From Deltaproteobacteria bacterium (GTDB lineage Bacteria > Myxococcota > Kuafuiibacteriia > Kuafuiibacteriales > Kuafuiibacteriaceae): DNA of 64,000 nt. The notes under the pieces are model-generated. The model was not told the origin of the DNA. It did no database searches and was given only the letters and a program-made list of their open reading frames with translations. This document shows positions 21,010-32,638 of the stretch, piece after piece. Every line of letters starts with the position of its first letter. Position 1 is the first letter of the stretch. The stretch is from contig JAVJQW010000050.1 of the NCBI GenBank assembly GCA_040218735.1, positions 64,001 through 128,000 of the forward strand, read 5' to 3'. Made by a program: the position numbers and the translations under genes.

Positions 21010-21025
21010 ATCACGAGTCGTGCCA
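21010..21025 (-). promoter_or_regulatory. sigma54-like promoter candidate for the multiheme gene
   Basis: Minus strand TGGCACGACTCGTGAT: perfect -24 box, -12 is GA instead of GC; about 70 nt upstream of the ATG. Confidence 0.4.
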
Positions 21026-21246
21026 GCCGTTGGGCGAGCCTCGATCCCGAGTCAAATAGCCGATCTTTCGAGTGTGTTCGCCGACGAAGCCTGGGGTGGA
21101 GGCCCCGATCTGGGTTGTTCCGTCCCCACCCCACTGCGCCTTTGTACCTGAGGAGCCCCGGGTAGGGTCAAGCTCGGCACGGCGGCCAAGGTGGGACCAG
21201 ACCCCACTTGTGACCTCGACTCCCGGTCCAGGACCGGCGCTCGCGA

Positions 21247-21275
21247 TTGACACCCCGAGGCCAGGCCCGTAACCC
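21247..21275 (+). promoter_or_regulatory. sigma70 promoter candidate for yceD-rpmF
   Basis: TTGACA-N17-TAACCC, 12 nt before ATG 21288. Confidence 0.5.
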
Positions 21276-21287
21276 GTCGGACCTCGT

Positions 21288-21962
21288 ATGGGACCGATCG
21301 ACGCCAAAGAACGCCAGATCTCGCTGTTCGAGCCCCTCGAGCTGCACCTGCTCCCCGAGGAGGGCCTGGCGTTCGACGAGCCCGTGGCGGAGGCCTGGCT
21401 CGACGCCCAGGTGTTCCAGGGCGACCCCAACGGCCTGAGCCTCGCGGCCGCGGGGCCGGGGCGCGCCCGCCTCACGGTGACGCCGGTGGGGGCCGTGGAG
21501 ACTCGTCCCCCCATCCACATTCGGGGGCGACTCGAGGCCCAGGCGCGGACGACCTGTGTCCGCTGCCTGGAGGACGTCACGCTCCCGTTGGAGACCGAGC
21601 TCGAGACCACGCTGATGTTCGCCCGCGCGGCGCCTGCGTCCGAAGCGACCGCCGAGCCGACCAAGAAGAAGGGCAAGAAGAAGTCGAAGAAGGAGGACGC
21701 CCTCGAAGAATGGGACGAGGCCTTCGACGACCCGTCGGCCCTCGACGACGGCGCGTACACCGCCGAGGGCGTCGACCTCGCCTCCATTCTTAGAGAGGGG
21801 CTCCTGCTCGCGCTGGAGATGAACCCCACCTGCGAGGACGAAGCGGCCTGCGACACCCGCACCGAGGCCCTCCTCGCGGAGGCCAACCGCCCCTTCGCCG
21901 AGGCCGAAGCGGCGGGCGATCCCCGCTGGGCGGCCCTCGCCGCCCTACGAAAAGAGAACTGA
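21288..21962 (+). CDS. yceD: YceD/DUF177 family protein
   Basis: TTCVRCLE, VDLASILREGLLLAL..NPTC...C, DPRWAALAAL; upstream of rpmF. Confidence 0.9.
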   Translation: MGPIDAKERQISLFEPLELHLLPEEGLAFDEPVAEAWLDAQVFQGDPNGLSLAAAGPGRARLTVTPVGAVETRPPIHIRGRLEAQARTTCVRCLEDVTLPLETELETTLMFARAAPASEATAEPTKKKGKKKSKKEDALEEWDEAFDDPSALDDGAYTAEGVDLASILREGLLLALEMNPTCEDEAACDTRTEALLAEANRPFAEAEAAGDPRWAALAALRKEN

Positions 21963-22014
21963 CCTTCGAAACTGTTTGACAGTCGAGGCAGGAAACGAAA
22001 AAGACGTCCGCTCT

Positions 22015-22197
22015 ATGGCAGTCCCAAGGAAGCGAAAGTCCAACTCGCGTCGCAAGAACCAGCGTTCCCACGATGCCCTGAAGCGCCCCACCCTCGCGCG
22101 CTGCCCGAACTGCGACGCCCCGAGGATGCCGCACCGGATGTGCGGCAGCTGCGGGTGGTACGGCGACCGGACGGTCGTCGAGATCGACGCGGACTAG
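22015..22197 (+). CDS. rpmF: 50S ribosomal protein L32
   Basis: MAVPRKRKSNSRR...CPNC...PHRMCGSCGWY. Confidence 0.97.
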   Translation: MAVPRKRKSNSRRKNQRSHDALKRPTLARCPNCDAPRMPHRMCGSCGWYGDRTVVEIDAD

Positions 22198-22225
22198 AAG
22201 CTTCGCGCACCAGGGCAAGGCAAGC

Positions 22226-22417
22226 CCCTTGAACTTGAACTTGCCCTTGCCCCTGCCCTCTAATTCGGCGACCGCCGTGCGGGGGCGTAGGAGCTCATCG
22301 AGGAGCTCCGCATTAAGAATATCTTCAGTGGTACGTATTCAGCGACGCCGCCGAAGGCGCTGACGTGCCCTTTCCCTGCTCTCAGGGCAAGGGCACGGGC
22401 AAGTTCAAGTTCAAGGG
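22226..22417. repeat. Foldback element with hexamer-repeat arms (CTTGAA/CTTGCC)
   Basis: 34-bp arms at 22226-22259 and 22384-22417 are reverse complements with 2 mismatches; 124-nt spacer. Confidence 0.9.
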
Positions 22418-22432
22418 TCTGAGGTGGTTGCT

Positions 22433-23410
22433 CTACCACCTCACCAGCGCCGAGCCCCAAGTCATCCCCGCCCCGATCGCCATCATCGCGACCAGATCAC
22501 CTTCCTTGATGCGGCCGTCGCGCACGCCCTCGTCCAGCGTGATCGGCACCGACGCGCTCGACGTGTTGCCGTAGCGATCGATGTTCAGGATGGCCTTCTC
22601 GCGCGGGACCTTCAGGCGCTCCAGCACCGTGTCGACGATGCGGATGTTCGCCTGGTGCGGGACGACGTGGTCGATGTCCTCGGCCTTCATCCCGTTGTGG
22701 TCGAGCGCGGTGTTCACGATGTTCGTCAGCGAGCGGACCGCGACCTTGTAGACCTCGCGGCCGTTCATCTTCACGTACTGCAGGCGCTTCTCGACCATGT
22801 CGTGCGTGACGGGGTGGAGGCTGCCGCCGCCGGGGATGTTGAGGATGTCCGTGAGCGTGCCGTCCGCCGCGAGGTGCGTGGAGAGGATGCCGTGGTCCTC
22901 GCGGTCGTCCGGACCGACGAGCATCGCGCCCGCGGCGTCGCCGAAGAGAACGCAGGTGTTCCGGTCCTCCCAGTCGAGGATGCGCGTGAGCAGCTCGACG
23001 CCGATCACGAGCGCGCACTTCGCGGCGCCCGTCTTCACGAACTTGTCGGCGATCGACAGCCCGTAGAGCGACCCGGCGCACGCCGCCGACACGTCGAACG
23101 CGGGCGCGCTGGTGCCGAGCTTCGCCTGCACGAACGCCGCGCAGGACGGCATCGGCATGTCCGCCGAGATCGTCCCGACGATCAGCAGATCGACGTCCTC
23201 GGGCTTCTTGCCCGCCATCTCGAGCGCCTGGCGCGCCGCCGCCGTGGCCATGTCCGAGGTCTGCTCGTCCTCGCGCGCCACGTGGCGGGTCGAGATGCCC
23301 GTCCGCGTCTTGATCCACTCGTCGCTCGTCTCGATGCGTTGAGCGAGGTCGTCGTTGCTGACCACCTTCTCGGGCGCGTACCGGCCGGTGCCGATGATTC
23401 GGGCGTTCAT
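22433..23410 (-). CDS. fabH: 3-oxoacyl-ACP synthase III
   Basis: ETSDEWIKTRTGI, DVSAACAG, VPHQANIRI, YGNTSSAS, GAGMTWG. Confidence 0.96.
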   Translation of the reverse strand: MNARIIGTGRYAPEKVVSNDDLAQRIETSDEWIKTRTGISTRHVAREDEQTSDMATAAARQALEMAGKKPEDVDLLIVGTISADMPMPSCAAFVQAKLGTSAPAFDVSAACAGSLYGLSIADKFVKTGAAKCALVIGVELLTRILDWEDRNTCVLFGDAAGAMLVGPDDREDHGILSTHLAADGTLTDILNIPGGGSLHPVTHDMVEKRLQYVKMNGREVYKVAVRSLTNIVNTALDHNGMKAEDIDHVVPHQANIRIVDTVLERLKVPREKAILNIDRYGNTSSASVPITLDEGVRDGRIKEGDLVAMMAIGAGMTWGSALVRW

Positions 23411-23457
23411 AGAAGGGGCGCGTACCCCAAATGGCGTTCGACCGACAGCGAAAATCG

Positions 23458-23486
23458 TTGATGTCACGGCCCGGGGGACGTATGCG
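23458..23486 (+). promoter_or_regulatory. sigma70 promoter candidate for fabD
   Basis: TTGATG-N17-TATGCG, 8 nt before GTG 23495. Confidence 0.45.
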
Positions 23487-23494
23487 CCGCTGCC

Positions 23495-24424
23495 GTGGTC
23501 ACCTACTTGTTCCCCGGACAGGGAAGCCAATCACCCGGTATGGGCCAGGCGCTCGTCGAGGCCTACCCGAGCGCGCGCGCGGTCTTCGAGGAGGCCGACG
23601 ACGCCCTCGGCTTCGCCCTCTCCAAGGTTTGCTTCGAAGGCACCGAGGACGAGCTGAAGCGCACCGAGATCACCCAGCCCGCGATCCTCACCACGAGCAT
23701 CGCCGCCCTGCGCGCCATCGAAGCGGAGCGCCCCGAGCTGAAGTGCACGTTCGCCGCGGGCCACAGCCTCGGTGAGTGGTCCGCGCTCGTCGCCGTCGGC
23801 GCCCTCGCCTTCGAGGACGCGGTTCGCCTCGTGCGCGAGCGCGGCCGCCTCATGCAGGAGGCCGTGCCGGAGGGTGAAGGCGCGATGGCCGCGATCATCG
23901 GCGTCGACAGTGACGCGATCGTGACGATCGTCGACGGCATCGATGGCGCCACCGCCGCCAACTTCAACAGCTCCGAGCAGACCGTCATCTCGGGGACGGT
24001 CGCCGGCGTCGAAGCGGCCGAGGCCGCGATCGGCACGAAGCACGAAGGTGCGCGCGTCGTTCGTCTGCCGGTCAGCGCGCCGTTCCACTCGCCGCTGATG
24101 AAGCCGGCCGCCGACGGCCTCGCCGCCGCGATGGAGACGACCACCGTCCACGCGATGTCCGCGCCGGTGGTGACCAACGTCGAAGCCTCGCCCAACGAGG
24201 ATCCGTCGCGCGTGAAGTCGCTCCTCGTCGAGCAGGTGGTCGCGCCCGTGCGTTGGGTCGAGATCGTCCAGCACCTCGTCGGCGCGGGTCAGACGACCGC
24301 GTTGGAGATCGGCCCCGGCAAGGTGCTGATGGGGTTGGCGCGTCGCATCGATCGCAAGCTCGGCGTGAAGCCGATCTCCGATCCCGCTTCGCTCACGAAG
24401 GCGTTGTCGAGCCTCGACGGATGA
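23495..24424 (+). CDS. fabD: Malonyl-CoA:ACP transacylase
   Basis: LFPGQGSQ, GHSLGE, VSAPFHS, EIGPGKVL. Confidence 0.96.
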   Translation: MVTYLFPGQGSQSPGMGQALVEAYPSARAVFEEADDALGFALSKVCFEGTEDELKRTEITQPAILTTSIAALRAIEAERPELKCTFAAGHSLGEWSALVAVGALAFEDAVRLVRERGRLMQEAVPEGEGAMAAIIGVDSDAIVTIVDGIDGATAANFNSSEQTVISGTVAGVEAAEAAIGTKHEGARVVRLPVSAPFHSPLMKPAADGLAAAMETTTVHAMSAPVVTNVEASPNEDPSRVKSLLVEQVVAPVRWVEIVQHLVGAGQTTALEIGPGKVLMGLARRIDRKLGVKPISDPASLTKALSSLDG

Positions 24425-24954
24425 CCGCTTCGCACACCGGCGAAGCCGCGGCGGAGGTGCTCTCGGAGTTCCTCGAGCGGCAGCGCCTCGCGTTCAGCGT
24501 CGTCGAGGATCCGAAGAATCCACACGCACCGATCACCGTCATCGAGAACTTCTCGAAGAAGTCGATGACGTTCTCGTACGGACAGGTCGACTGGGTCCAG
24601 GAGGCCCGCAGCCCGCAGACGCAGACGCGCTACCTCCGCGTGTCCCTCGACGACGGTCGCTCGTTCGCGCTCGCGGGGATCGGCATCGTGTTCGCGCCGT
24701 CGTTCGTCGCGACGGGACCGCTCGCGGAGTGTCCGCCGACCGCGTCGTTCCGCGACTTCGAGAAGCTCTACCGCCACGTCTCGCACGTCGTCGATGAACA
24801 CCACGAAGGCCACGAGCTCGAAGCGCTTCAGGTCTTCATGGTCCTGCTCGCGTTCCTCGACGGAGCCCGGGCGATCGGCCTCGACGTCGGCGAGGAGGAG
24901 CGGCGCATGGAGCCGATCCTCGAGAAGCTGGAAGCAGCCGGCGTTTCGGTTTGA
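24421..24954 (+). CDS. Hypothetical protein
   Basis: ATG overlaps the fabD stop (ATGA); typical codon bias. Confidence 0.75.
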   Translation: MTASHTGEAAAEVLSEFLERQRLAFSVVEDPKNPHAPITVIENFSKKSMTFSYGQVDWVQEARSPQTQTRYLRVSLDDGRSFALAGIGIVFAPSFVATGPLAECPPTASFRDFEKLYRHVSHVVDEHHEGHELEALQVFMVLLAFLDGARAIGLDVGEEERRMEPILEKLEAAGVSV

Positions 24955-24988
24955 CGGTCGCGCCGCGGGCGGCTTATCGGTCCGCCCG

Positions 24989-25738
24989 ATGGACCTCGGG
25001 CTCAAGGACAAGATTGCACTCGTGACGGGCGGCTCCCGCGGCATCGGCCGCGCGATCGCCGAAGGCCTCGCGCGCGAAGGCGCGAAGGTCTGCCTCACGT
25101 ACACCTCGAACGAGGCCGCGGCGCAGGAGACGATCGCAGCGATCGAAGCCGCCGGCGGACAGGCCACCGCGAAGAAGTTCGACGTCGGCGACGCCGCCGC
25201 CGCGAAGGCCGCGGTCGACGAGCTCGTGAAGGCCGAGGGCGCGTTGCACATCCTCGTGAACAACGCGGGTGTCAGCGTCGACGGGCTCCTGATGCGCTAC
25301 AAGGACGAAGACCTCGCGCGCATCTTCCAGACGAACGTGTTCGGCTCGTTCTACCTCGCGCGCGCCGCGGCGCGTCCGATGATGAAGGCGCGCTGGGGTC
25401 GCATCATCATGCTCGGCTCGGTGGTCGGTGAGACCGGCAACGTCGGGCAGACCGCGTACGCTTCGACCAAGGCCGCGCTGGACGGGATGGCGAAGTCGCT
25501 CGCGCGCGAGCTCGCGTCGCGCAACATCACCGCGAACGTCGTCGCCCCCGGGTACATCGGTACCGACATGACCGCGGACATCAGCGACGAGATGAAGGAG
25601 ATGATGCTCAAGTCCATCCCCGCCGGAGCGATGGGCAAGCCGGAGGACATCGCCGACACCGTCGCGTTCCTCTGCTCGGATCGCGCGGGCTACGTCACGG
25701 GTCAGGTCGTCAACGTCAACGGCGGCATGTACATGTAG
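24989..25738 (+). CDS. fabG: 3-oxoacyl-ACP reductase
   Basis: TGGSRGIG, LVNNAG, YASTK, VAPGYIGTDMT, NVNGGMYM. Confidence 0.95.
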   Translation: MDLGLKDKIALVTGGSRGIGRAIAEGLAREGAKVCLTYTSNEAAAQETIAAIEAAGGQATAKKFDVGDAAAAKAAVDELVKAEGALHILVNNAGVSVDGLLMRYKDEDLARIFQTNVFGSFYLARAAARPMMKARWGRIIMLGSVVGETGNVGQTAYASTKAALDGMAKSLARELASRNITANVVAPGYIGTDMTADISDEMKEMMLKSIPAGAMGKPEDIADTVAFLCSDRAGYVTGQVVNVNGGMYM

Positions 25739-25740
25739 CG

Positions 25741-26550
25741 ATGATCGAGTGGGCTCTGCTCGGCGCCGCCGCGCTCGGCGCGGGCGGCTACGCGCTGCGC
25801 GTGGTGCAGCGCGGACGCGTCCACAGGCGCTGGGCGAAGATCCTCGACGACGTCGCCCACGATCTCGGCGCGCGCGCCTCGGCGGGTTCGCGCTTCGACA
25901 GCCCGCAGCTCCGCACCGAGATCGACGGCACGACGGTGACCATCGTCGTGAACGGCATCGACCGCGGCGTGCGCGATCGCCGCGGCGTCGCCACCGCGAC
26001 GCTCCCCGACATCGCGAACACCGTGCGCTTCTACTTCGGCTGGGACGTCGCGAAGATCCCGGTCGCCGTCGAACACGTCGCCGAGGTCCCCTACCCGCCC
26101 ATCCAACGCGTCGACGGCGACGTGAAGATCCGCGCCGACGACGCCGCGATGGCGACGCGCTTCATGCGCGAAGCCATCCTCGATCTCATCGACGTTCGCG
26201 GCGCCGCCTCCGCCCACGCGCTCGAAGTCATCGCGAAGGGCGGCTACCTCGAGCTCGTCGTCCACGGCGTGACCGAACAACCCGCCGTGCTCACCCGCGC
26301 GGCGCGCGCGTGCGCGCGGCTCGCGACCATCGTCGACACGATCAGCCGCGGCACCACCCTCCCCGCGCCCGAACCCGAGGCGCCGACGCTCGACGACGAC
26401 GCGACGTGCGCGCTCTGCGACGCGACGCGCGCCGAAGACGAAGCGTGGGTCGTGTGCGCCGGCTGCGAAGCGCCGTACCACGCCGCGTGTTTCGCGCAGG
26501 CGACCGCGTGCGTGCGGTGCGGCGACACGAAGTCCCGCGAAGCGCGCTGA
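25741..26550 (+). CDS. Membrane-anchored protein with C-terminal prokaryotic RING-like finger
   Basis: N-terminal TM; CALC-x12-CAGC-x4-HAAC-x6-CVRC. Confidence 0.75.
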   Translation: MIEWALLGAAALGAGGYALRVVQRGRVHRRWAKILDDVAHDLGARASAGSRFDSPQLRTEIDGTTVTIVVNGIDRGVRDRRGVATATLPDIANTVRFYFGWDVAKIPVAVEHVAEVPYPPIQRVDGDVKIRADDAAMATRFMREAILDLIDVRGAASAHALEVIAKGGYLELVVHGVTEQPAVLTRAARACARLATIVDTISRGTTLPAPEPEAPTLDDDATCALCDATRAEDEAWVVCAGCEAPYHAACFAQATACVRCGDTKSREAR

Positions 26551-26656
26551 GGCGCCGGCACCGCATCCGCCGAACCGCCGAGGCGCCCGCGCCTCGACTC
26601 GGAGTCCACGGTGCGCGCCACTCGCACCCACTCCGGATTGTGCATAGTGGCGCTCA

Positions 26657-27709
26657 ATGCTTCGCCGATTCACCCCCGCGCTGCTGCTCCTCGCAACCGC
26701 GTGCGGCGACACCATCGTCTATCAGCTCCCGCCGGACCACGACGCGGGACCGCCGCCGACCGGCACGAAGCTCGACGCGGGTGTGCCGCGCCCGCACGAC
26801 GCCGGAACCGTCGTGCGCGACGGCGGACCGCTCGCGGCGCACGACGCCGGTACCGCGGACGCTGGCGTTCGCGACGCCGGCTTCCGCGACGGCGGGGTAC
26901 CGACGCCGGCCGAGTGTTACACGGAGCCATTCGATCCGACGATCGACCTGTCGGACCTCCGCGGCACGTACCGGTCCGACGCGCTCGGCGCGATCATGGC
27001 CGCGTTGGAGCGGCGCTACCCGGCGGGGCGTGACCTGCTCTGGGAGGAACGCGACGATCCGTACACCGGCTCGTTCATCGATCGCTCGTCGTTCGGGAGC
27101 ACGATGGAGTCGTCCATGACGGAGGTGCACGAAGCGACGCACGGCTGGGACTACAGCCACTCGCTGTTCTACCAACACTTCGACTACTACCTGCGCGGCG
27201 ACCTGAAACACTCGCTGTCGTTCGACGTCGACGGCTTCCCGCGCTCCGAGATCCACGGGATGCTCGAAGACAACTCGACCTCGCTCTACTCCGGCCTCTA
27301 CCTCACCGGCGAGCAAGGCACGCGCGGGTTCCTCGAGCTGCTCGACGAGACCAACTGTTACATCAACGGCCTCGGCGCGATCGCCGCGATCGCCGACGAG
27401 GTGCCGTACGGCATCAGCGGTCGCGACGGCGCGGTCGCGTTTCTCTACTACGTGCAACTCTACTTGCGCCGCGCGCGGACGCAGTACCCGGCGCTGTACC
27501 AAACGATGCGGAACGACGCGGCGCTGAAGGACCACATCCAGACGCAGTGGCTGCGCACCCACTTCTTCCTGCTCCACGCCGACCTCGAGCCGCACGTCGG
27601 CATCCGCGACGACGAGATCCGGGCCAACCTCTACGCACCGCACAACGTCGCGGAGATCGAGATGCTGATCGGACGCTGCGTCGACGACACCAATTGTCTT
27701 TGTGACTGA
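26657..27709 (+). CDS. Lipoprotein with DAG/DGG-repeat linker and HExxH motif
   Basis: Lipobox LATA-C; repeated DAG/DGG; TEVHEATHG followed by LLDETNCY. Confidence 0.8.
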   Translation: MLRRFTPALLLLATACGDTIVYQLPPDHDAGPPPTGTKLDAGVPRPHDAGTVVRDGGPLAAHDAGTADAGVRDAGFRDGGVPTPAECYTEPFDPTIDLSDLRGTYRSDALGAIMAALERRYPAGRDLLWEERDDPYTGSFIDRSSFGSTMESSMTEVHEATHGWDYSHSLFYQHFDYYLRGDLKHSLSFDVDGFPRSEIHGMLEDNSTSLYSGLYLTGEQGTRGFLELLDETNCYINGLGAIAAIADEVPYGISGRDGAVAFLYYVQLYLRRARTQYPALYQTMRNDAALKDHIQTQWLRTHFFLLHADLEPHVGIRDDEIRANLYAPHNVAEIEMLIGRCVDDTNCLCD

Positions 27710-27735
27710 ACCGCCCGAGCCGCGGCGGGGTCCAC

Positions 27736-28413
27736 TCAATAGATCGCGAGCACGACCGCTGCGATCCCCGCGACCGCCGCCGCGCCGAACGACACGTTAG
27801 CGATCACGCCGTGGCTTTGCGCGCGCGACTCGAGGTCCGCGAGCTCGCGCCCTGACTTCGGCGCGGTCGCCGCCGCCGAACGCGCGCCGCGGCTGCTGAG
27901 ACCGAACCCCACCCCCACGACGGCGGCTGCGACACCGACCCCCGCGACGACCCACGGCGCGAGTGTCGAGGGCGGTGCGTCGGGCGTCGTGCTCACGAGC
28001 GCGGGCGGTGGTGGCGCCGCCTTGGGCGGCGCAGGCAGATCGGGGAACAACTCCGCCGCGAGCTGCGACCAGGTCGTGCGCCACGACGACGCGTTGCGCG
28101 ACACGTCGATGGTCTTCGTTTCGGTCTCGCCGTCGGGCGCCACATGCTCGACCAAGACCCGCACCCGCGACGGCACGGCGAGGACCCGCAGGAGCACGAC
28201 GTGTTTCATTCCCGTTCGGCGACGGACGGCGGCCACGCAGTCCGCCTCACAAGCGCCCTGATCGGCGACCGCGCTGCCGGTGCGCACGTCGAGCGCCTCG
28301 ACGATACCGTTCAGCACGGCCTCGGCCTCGTTAGCGGAGATCGCCCGAGCGTCCTGTACCGCGACGCCGACGCTCGCGACCGCCCCGAGCATCAACACCA
28401 GCCCCGCCGACAC
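27736..28413 (-). CDS. Hypothetical exported protein with C-terminal hydrophobic segments
   Basis: Signal-like N-terminus, CEADC motif, Pro linker, PWVVAGVGVAAAVVGVGFG; only the 3' part of track ORF 27736..29742 looks real. Confidence 0.65.
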   Translation of the reverse strand: MSAGLVLMLGAVASVGVAVQDARAISANEAEAVLNGIVEALDVRTGSAVADQGACEADCVAAVRRRTGMKHVVLLRVLAVPSRVRVLVEHVAPDGETETKTIDVSRNASSWRTTWSQLAAELFPDLPAPPKAAPPPPALVSTTPDAPPSTLAPWVVAGVGVAAAVVGVGFGLSSRGARSAAATAPKSGRELADLESRAQSHGVIANVSFGAAAVAGIAAVVLAIY

Positions 28414-28473
28414 CCCGCGGAGCGTATCAGACTCGCGTCGAGCCGGCGCGACCGATACGCTCGGCGTGCGGCG

Positions 28474-30783
<2,310 letters not shown>

Positions 30784-30853
30784 CAGGGAAAGCCGCCGCG
30801 GTCCGGAAGTTCATCTTCGCGCAGGAGCGTAGTAGCTTTCGAGCCACCACCGG

Positions 30854-31621
30854 ATGCCCCTCCGCGGCCCCATCCAGGACTTCGGTCTCGCCGACGTCCT
30901 GCAGCTGATCGCCAAAGCCCATCGCTCCGGGTACATCCGCCTGACCAACGACATCGACGAGGTCACGGTCACCGTCAAAGAGGGCCGCGTCCTCGACGTC
31001 GTGGACGAGGGCCGACCGGGCAACGCGAAGCTCGGTAACCGACTGGTTCGGGCGGGCCTGCTGACCAACGCCGAGCTCGGACAGGCGCTCAAGCGCCGCG
31101 TCGAGACCAACGCGCCGATCGCCCACATCCTCGAAGAGCTGCGGCTCGCGACGCGGGAGTCGATCGTCCAGTACGCCACGATGGAGGCGACGGACGCGCT
31201 GTTCGACATCTTCACCTGGGAGCGCGGGACCTACGAGTTCGAGGAGACGGCGGTCGCCGACCCCGACACCGCGATCGAGCCCATCCCCGCGGACGCCCTC
31301 CTCATGCAGGGCATCGTGCTCGTCGACGAGTGGCCGACGATCAAGGAACGCATCCCGAGCGAACGTTGGCGCGTCGCTCGCCGCTTCGACCTACCGCCCG
31401 AACCCGAGCCGGAAGAGCTCCCGATGTTCGGCCTCGCGGACTCTCCCGAGAACCCGACGCAGCTCGAGGTCGGTCCGAACGAACGGGTCGTCCACGAGCT
31501 CTGCGCCCCCGGCCACGCCGTCCGCACCATCGCGGACCGCGCGCCGTTCCACCGGTTCGAGACGTTCCGGTGCCTGAGCCACCTGATCGGCTTCCTCTAC
31601 ATCGAGCTCGTCGCGCCCTGA
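30854..31621 (+). CDS. DUF4388 (PatA-N-like) domain protein
   Basis: LRGPIQDFGLADVLQLI...KLGNRLVRAGLL...IFTWERGTYEF...LLMQGIVLVDEW. Confidence 0.85.
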   Translation: MPLRGPIQDFGLADVLQLIAKAHRSGYIRLTNDIDEVTVTVKEGRVLDVVDEGRPGNAKLGNRLVRAGLLTNAELGQALKRRVETNAPIAHILEELRLATRESIVQYATMEATDALFDIFTWERGTYEFEETAVADPDTAIEPIPADALLMQGIVLVDEWPTIKERIPSERWRVARRFDLPPEPEPEELPMFGLADSPENPTQLEVGPNERVVHELCAPGHAVRTIADRAPFHRFETFRCLSHLIGFLYIELVAP

Positions 31622-32619
31622 GGCTCGTCGATCGGCGGCACCAGCGCGACGGCGTCGAGGAGCGTCTGCGCGGTCGCGTCCTTCTTCGTCGCGTTCTCGG
31701 AGAGGTGCCGCTTGAACGCACGCGCGCCCCGCTGCCCGACGAACAACCCCAGCATGTGCCGCGTGACGGAGTGCAGCCGCGTGCCCTCGGCGATCTGGCG
31801 CTCGACGTACGGGACCATCCGCTCCACGACTTCGTGTCGCGAGAGCACCGGCGTCTTCGCGCCGTAGTAGCGACGATCCACTGAAGCGAACAGGTACGGG
31901 TTGTCGTAGGCCGCGCGCCCGATCATCACGGCGTCGACGTGCGCGAGGTGCACGTCGACCTCGTCGAGGGTCGTGATGCCCCCGTTGATCTCGATCGTCA
32001 GCTCCGGGAACTCGGCCTTCAGTCGGTAGACGTCGTCGTAGCGGAGCGGCGGGATGGTGCGGTTCTCCTTCGGGCTCAGACCGTTCAACCACGCCTTGCG
32101 CGCGTGCACCGCGAACTGCGTGCAGCCGCTCTTTGCTACCGTCGCAACGAAGTTGGCCATGTCCTCGTAACGGTCGAGCTCGTCCACGCCGATGCGATGT
32201 TTCACCGTAACGGCGATGTTCGTCTTCGCGCGCATCGCCGCGACCCCTTTTGCGACGCGCTCCGGCGTCCGCATCAGGACCGCGCCGAAGCACCCGCTCT
32301 GGACGCGGTCACTCGGGCACCCGACGTTGAGGTTGATCTCGTCGTAGCCGTAGTCCTCGGCGATCTTCGCAACCTCGGCGAGGTCCTTCGGGTCGTCCCC
32401 GCCAACCTGCAGCGCCAGGAAGTGCTCCTCCGGGTCGTAGGCCAGGAGCTTGTCGCGCGGTCCGTTCAGGATGGCGTGGGTGGTCACCATCTCGGTATAG
32501 AGGCGCACGTGGCGGCTGATCTGCCGCAGGAAGAACCGGTAGTGCCGGTCCGTCCGGTCCATCATCGGCGCGACGCTCAGCACGCCGGTACGGAATCGTT
32601 CGGCGGCCTCGATTGTCAA
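31597..32619 (-). CDS. dusA: tRNA-dihydrouridine(20/20a) synthase
   Basis: SVAPMMDRTDRHYR, INLNVGCPSDRVQSG, HARKAWLNGLSPKENRTIPPL; exact start uncertain. Confidence 0.93.
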   Translation of the reverse strand: MTIEAAERFRTGVLSVAPMMDRTDRHYRFFLRQISRHVRLYTEMVTTHAILNGPRDKLLAYDPEEHFLALQVGGDDPKDLAEVAKIAEDYGYDEINLNVGCPSDRVQSGCFGAVLMRTPERVAKGVAAMRAKTNIAVTVKHRIGVDELDRYEDMANFVATVAKSGCTQFAVHARKAWLNGLSPKENRTIPPLRYDDVYRLKAEFPELTIEINGGITTLDEVDVHLAHVDAVMIGRAAYDNPYLFASVDRRYYGAKTPVLSRHEVVERMVPYVERQIAEGTRLHSVTRHMLGLFVGQRGARAFKRHLSENATKKDATAQTLLDAVALVPPIDEPQGATSSM

Positions 32620-32638
32620 TGATGTCGTCCGCCCGCTC

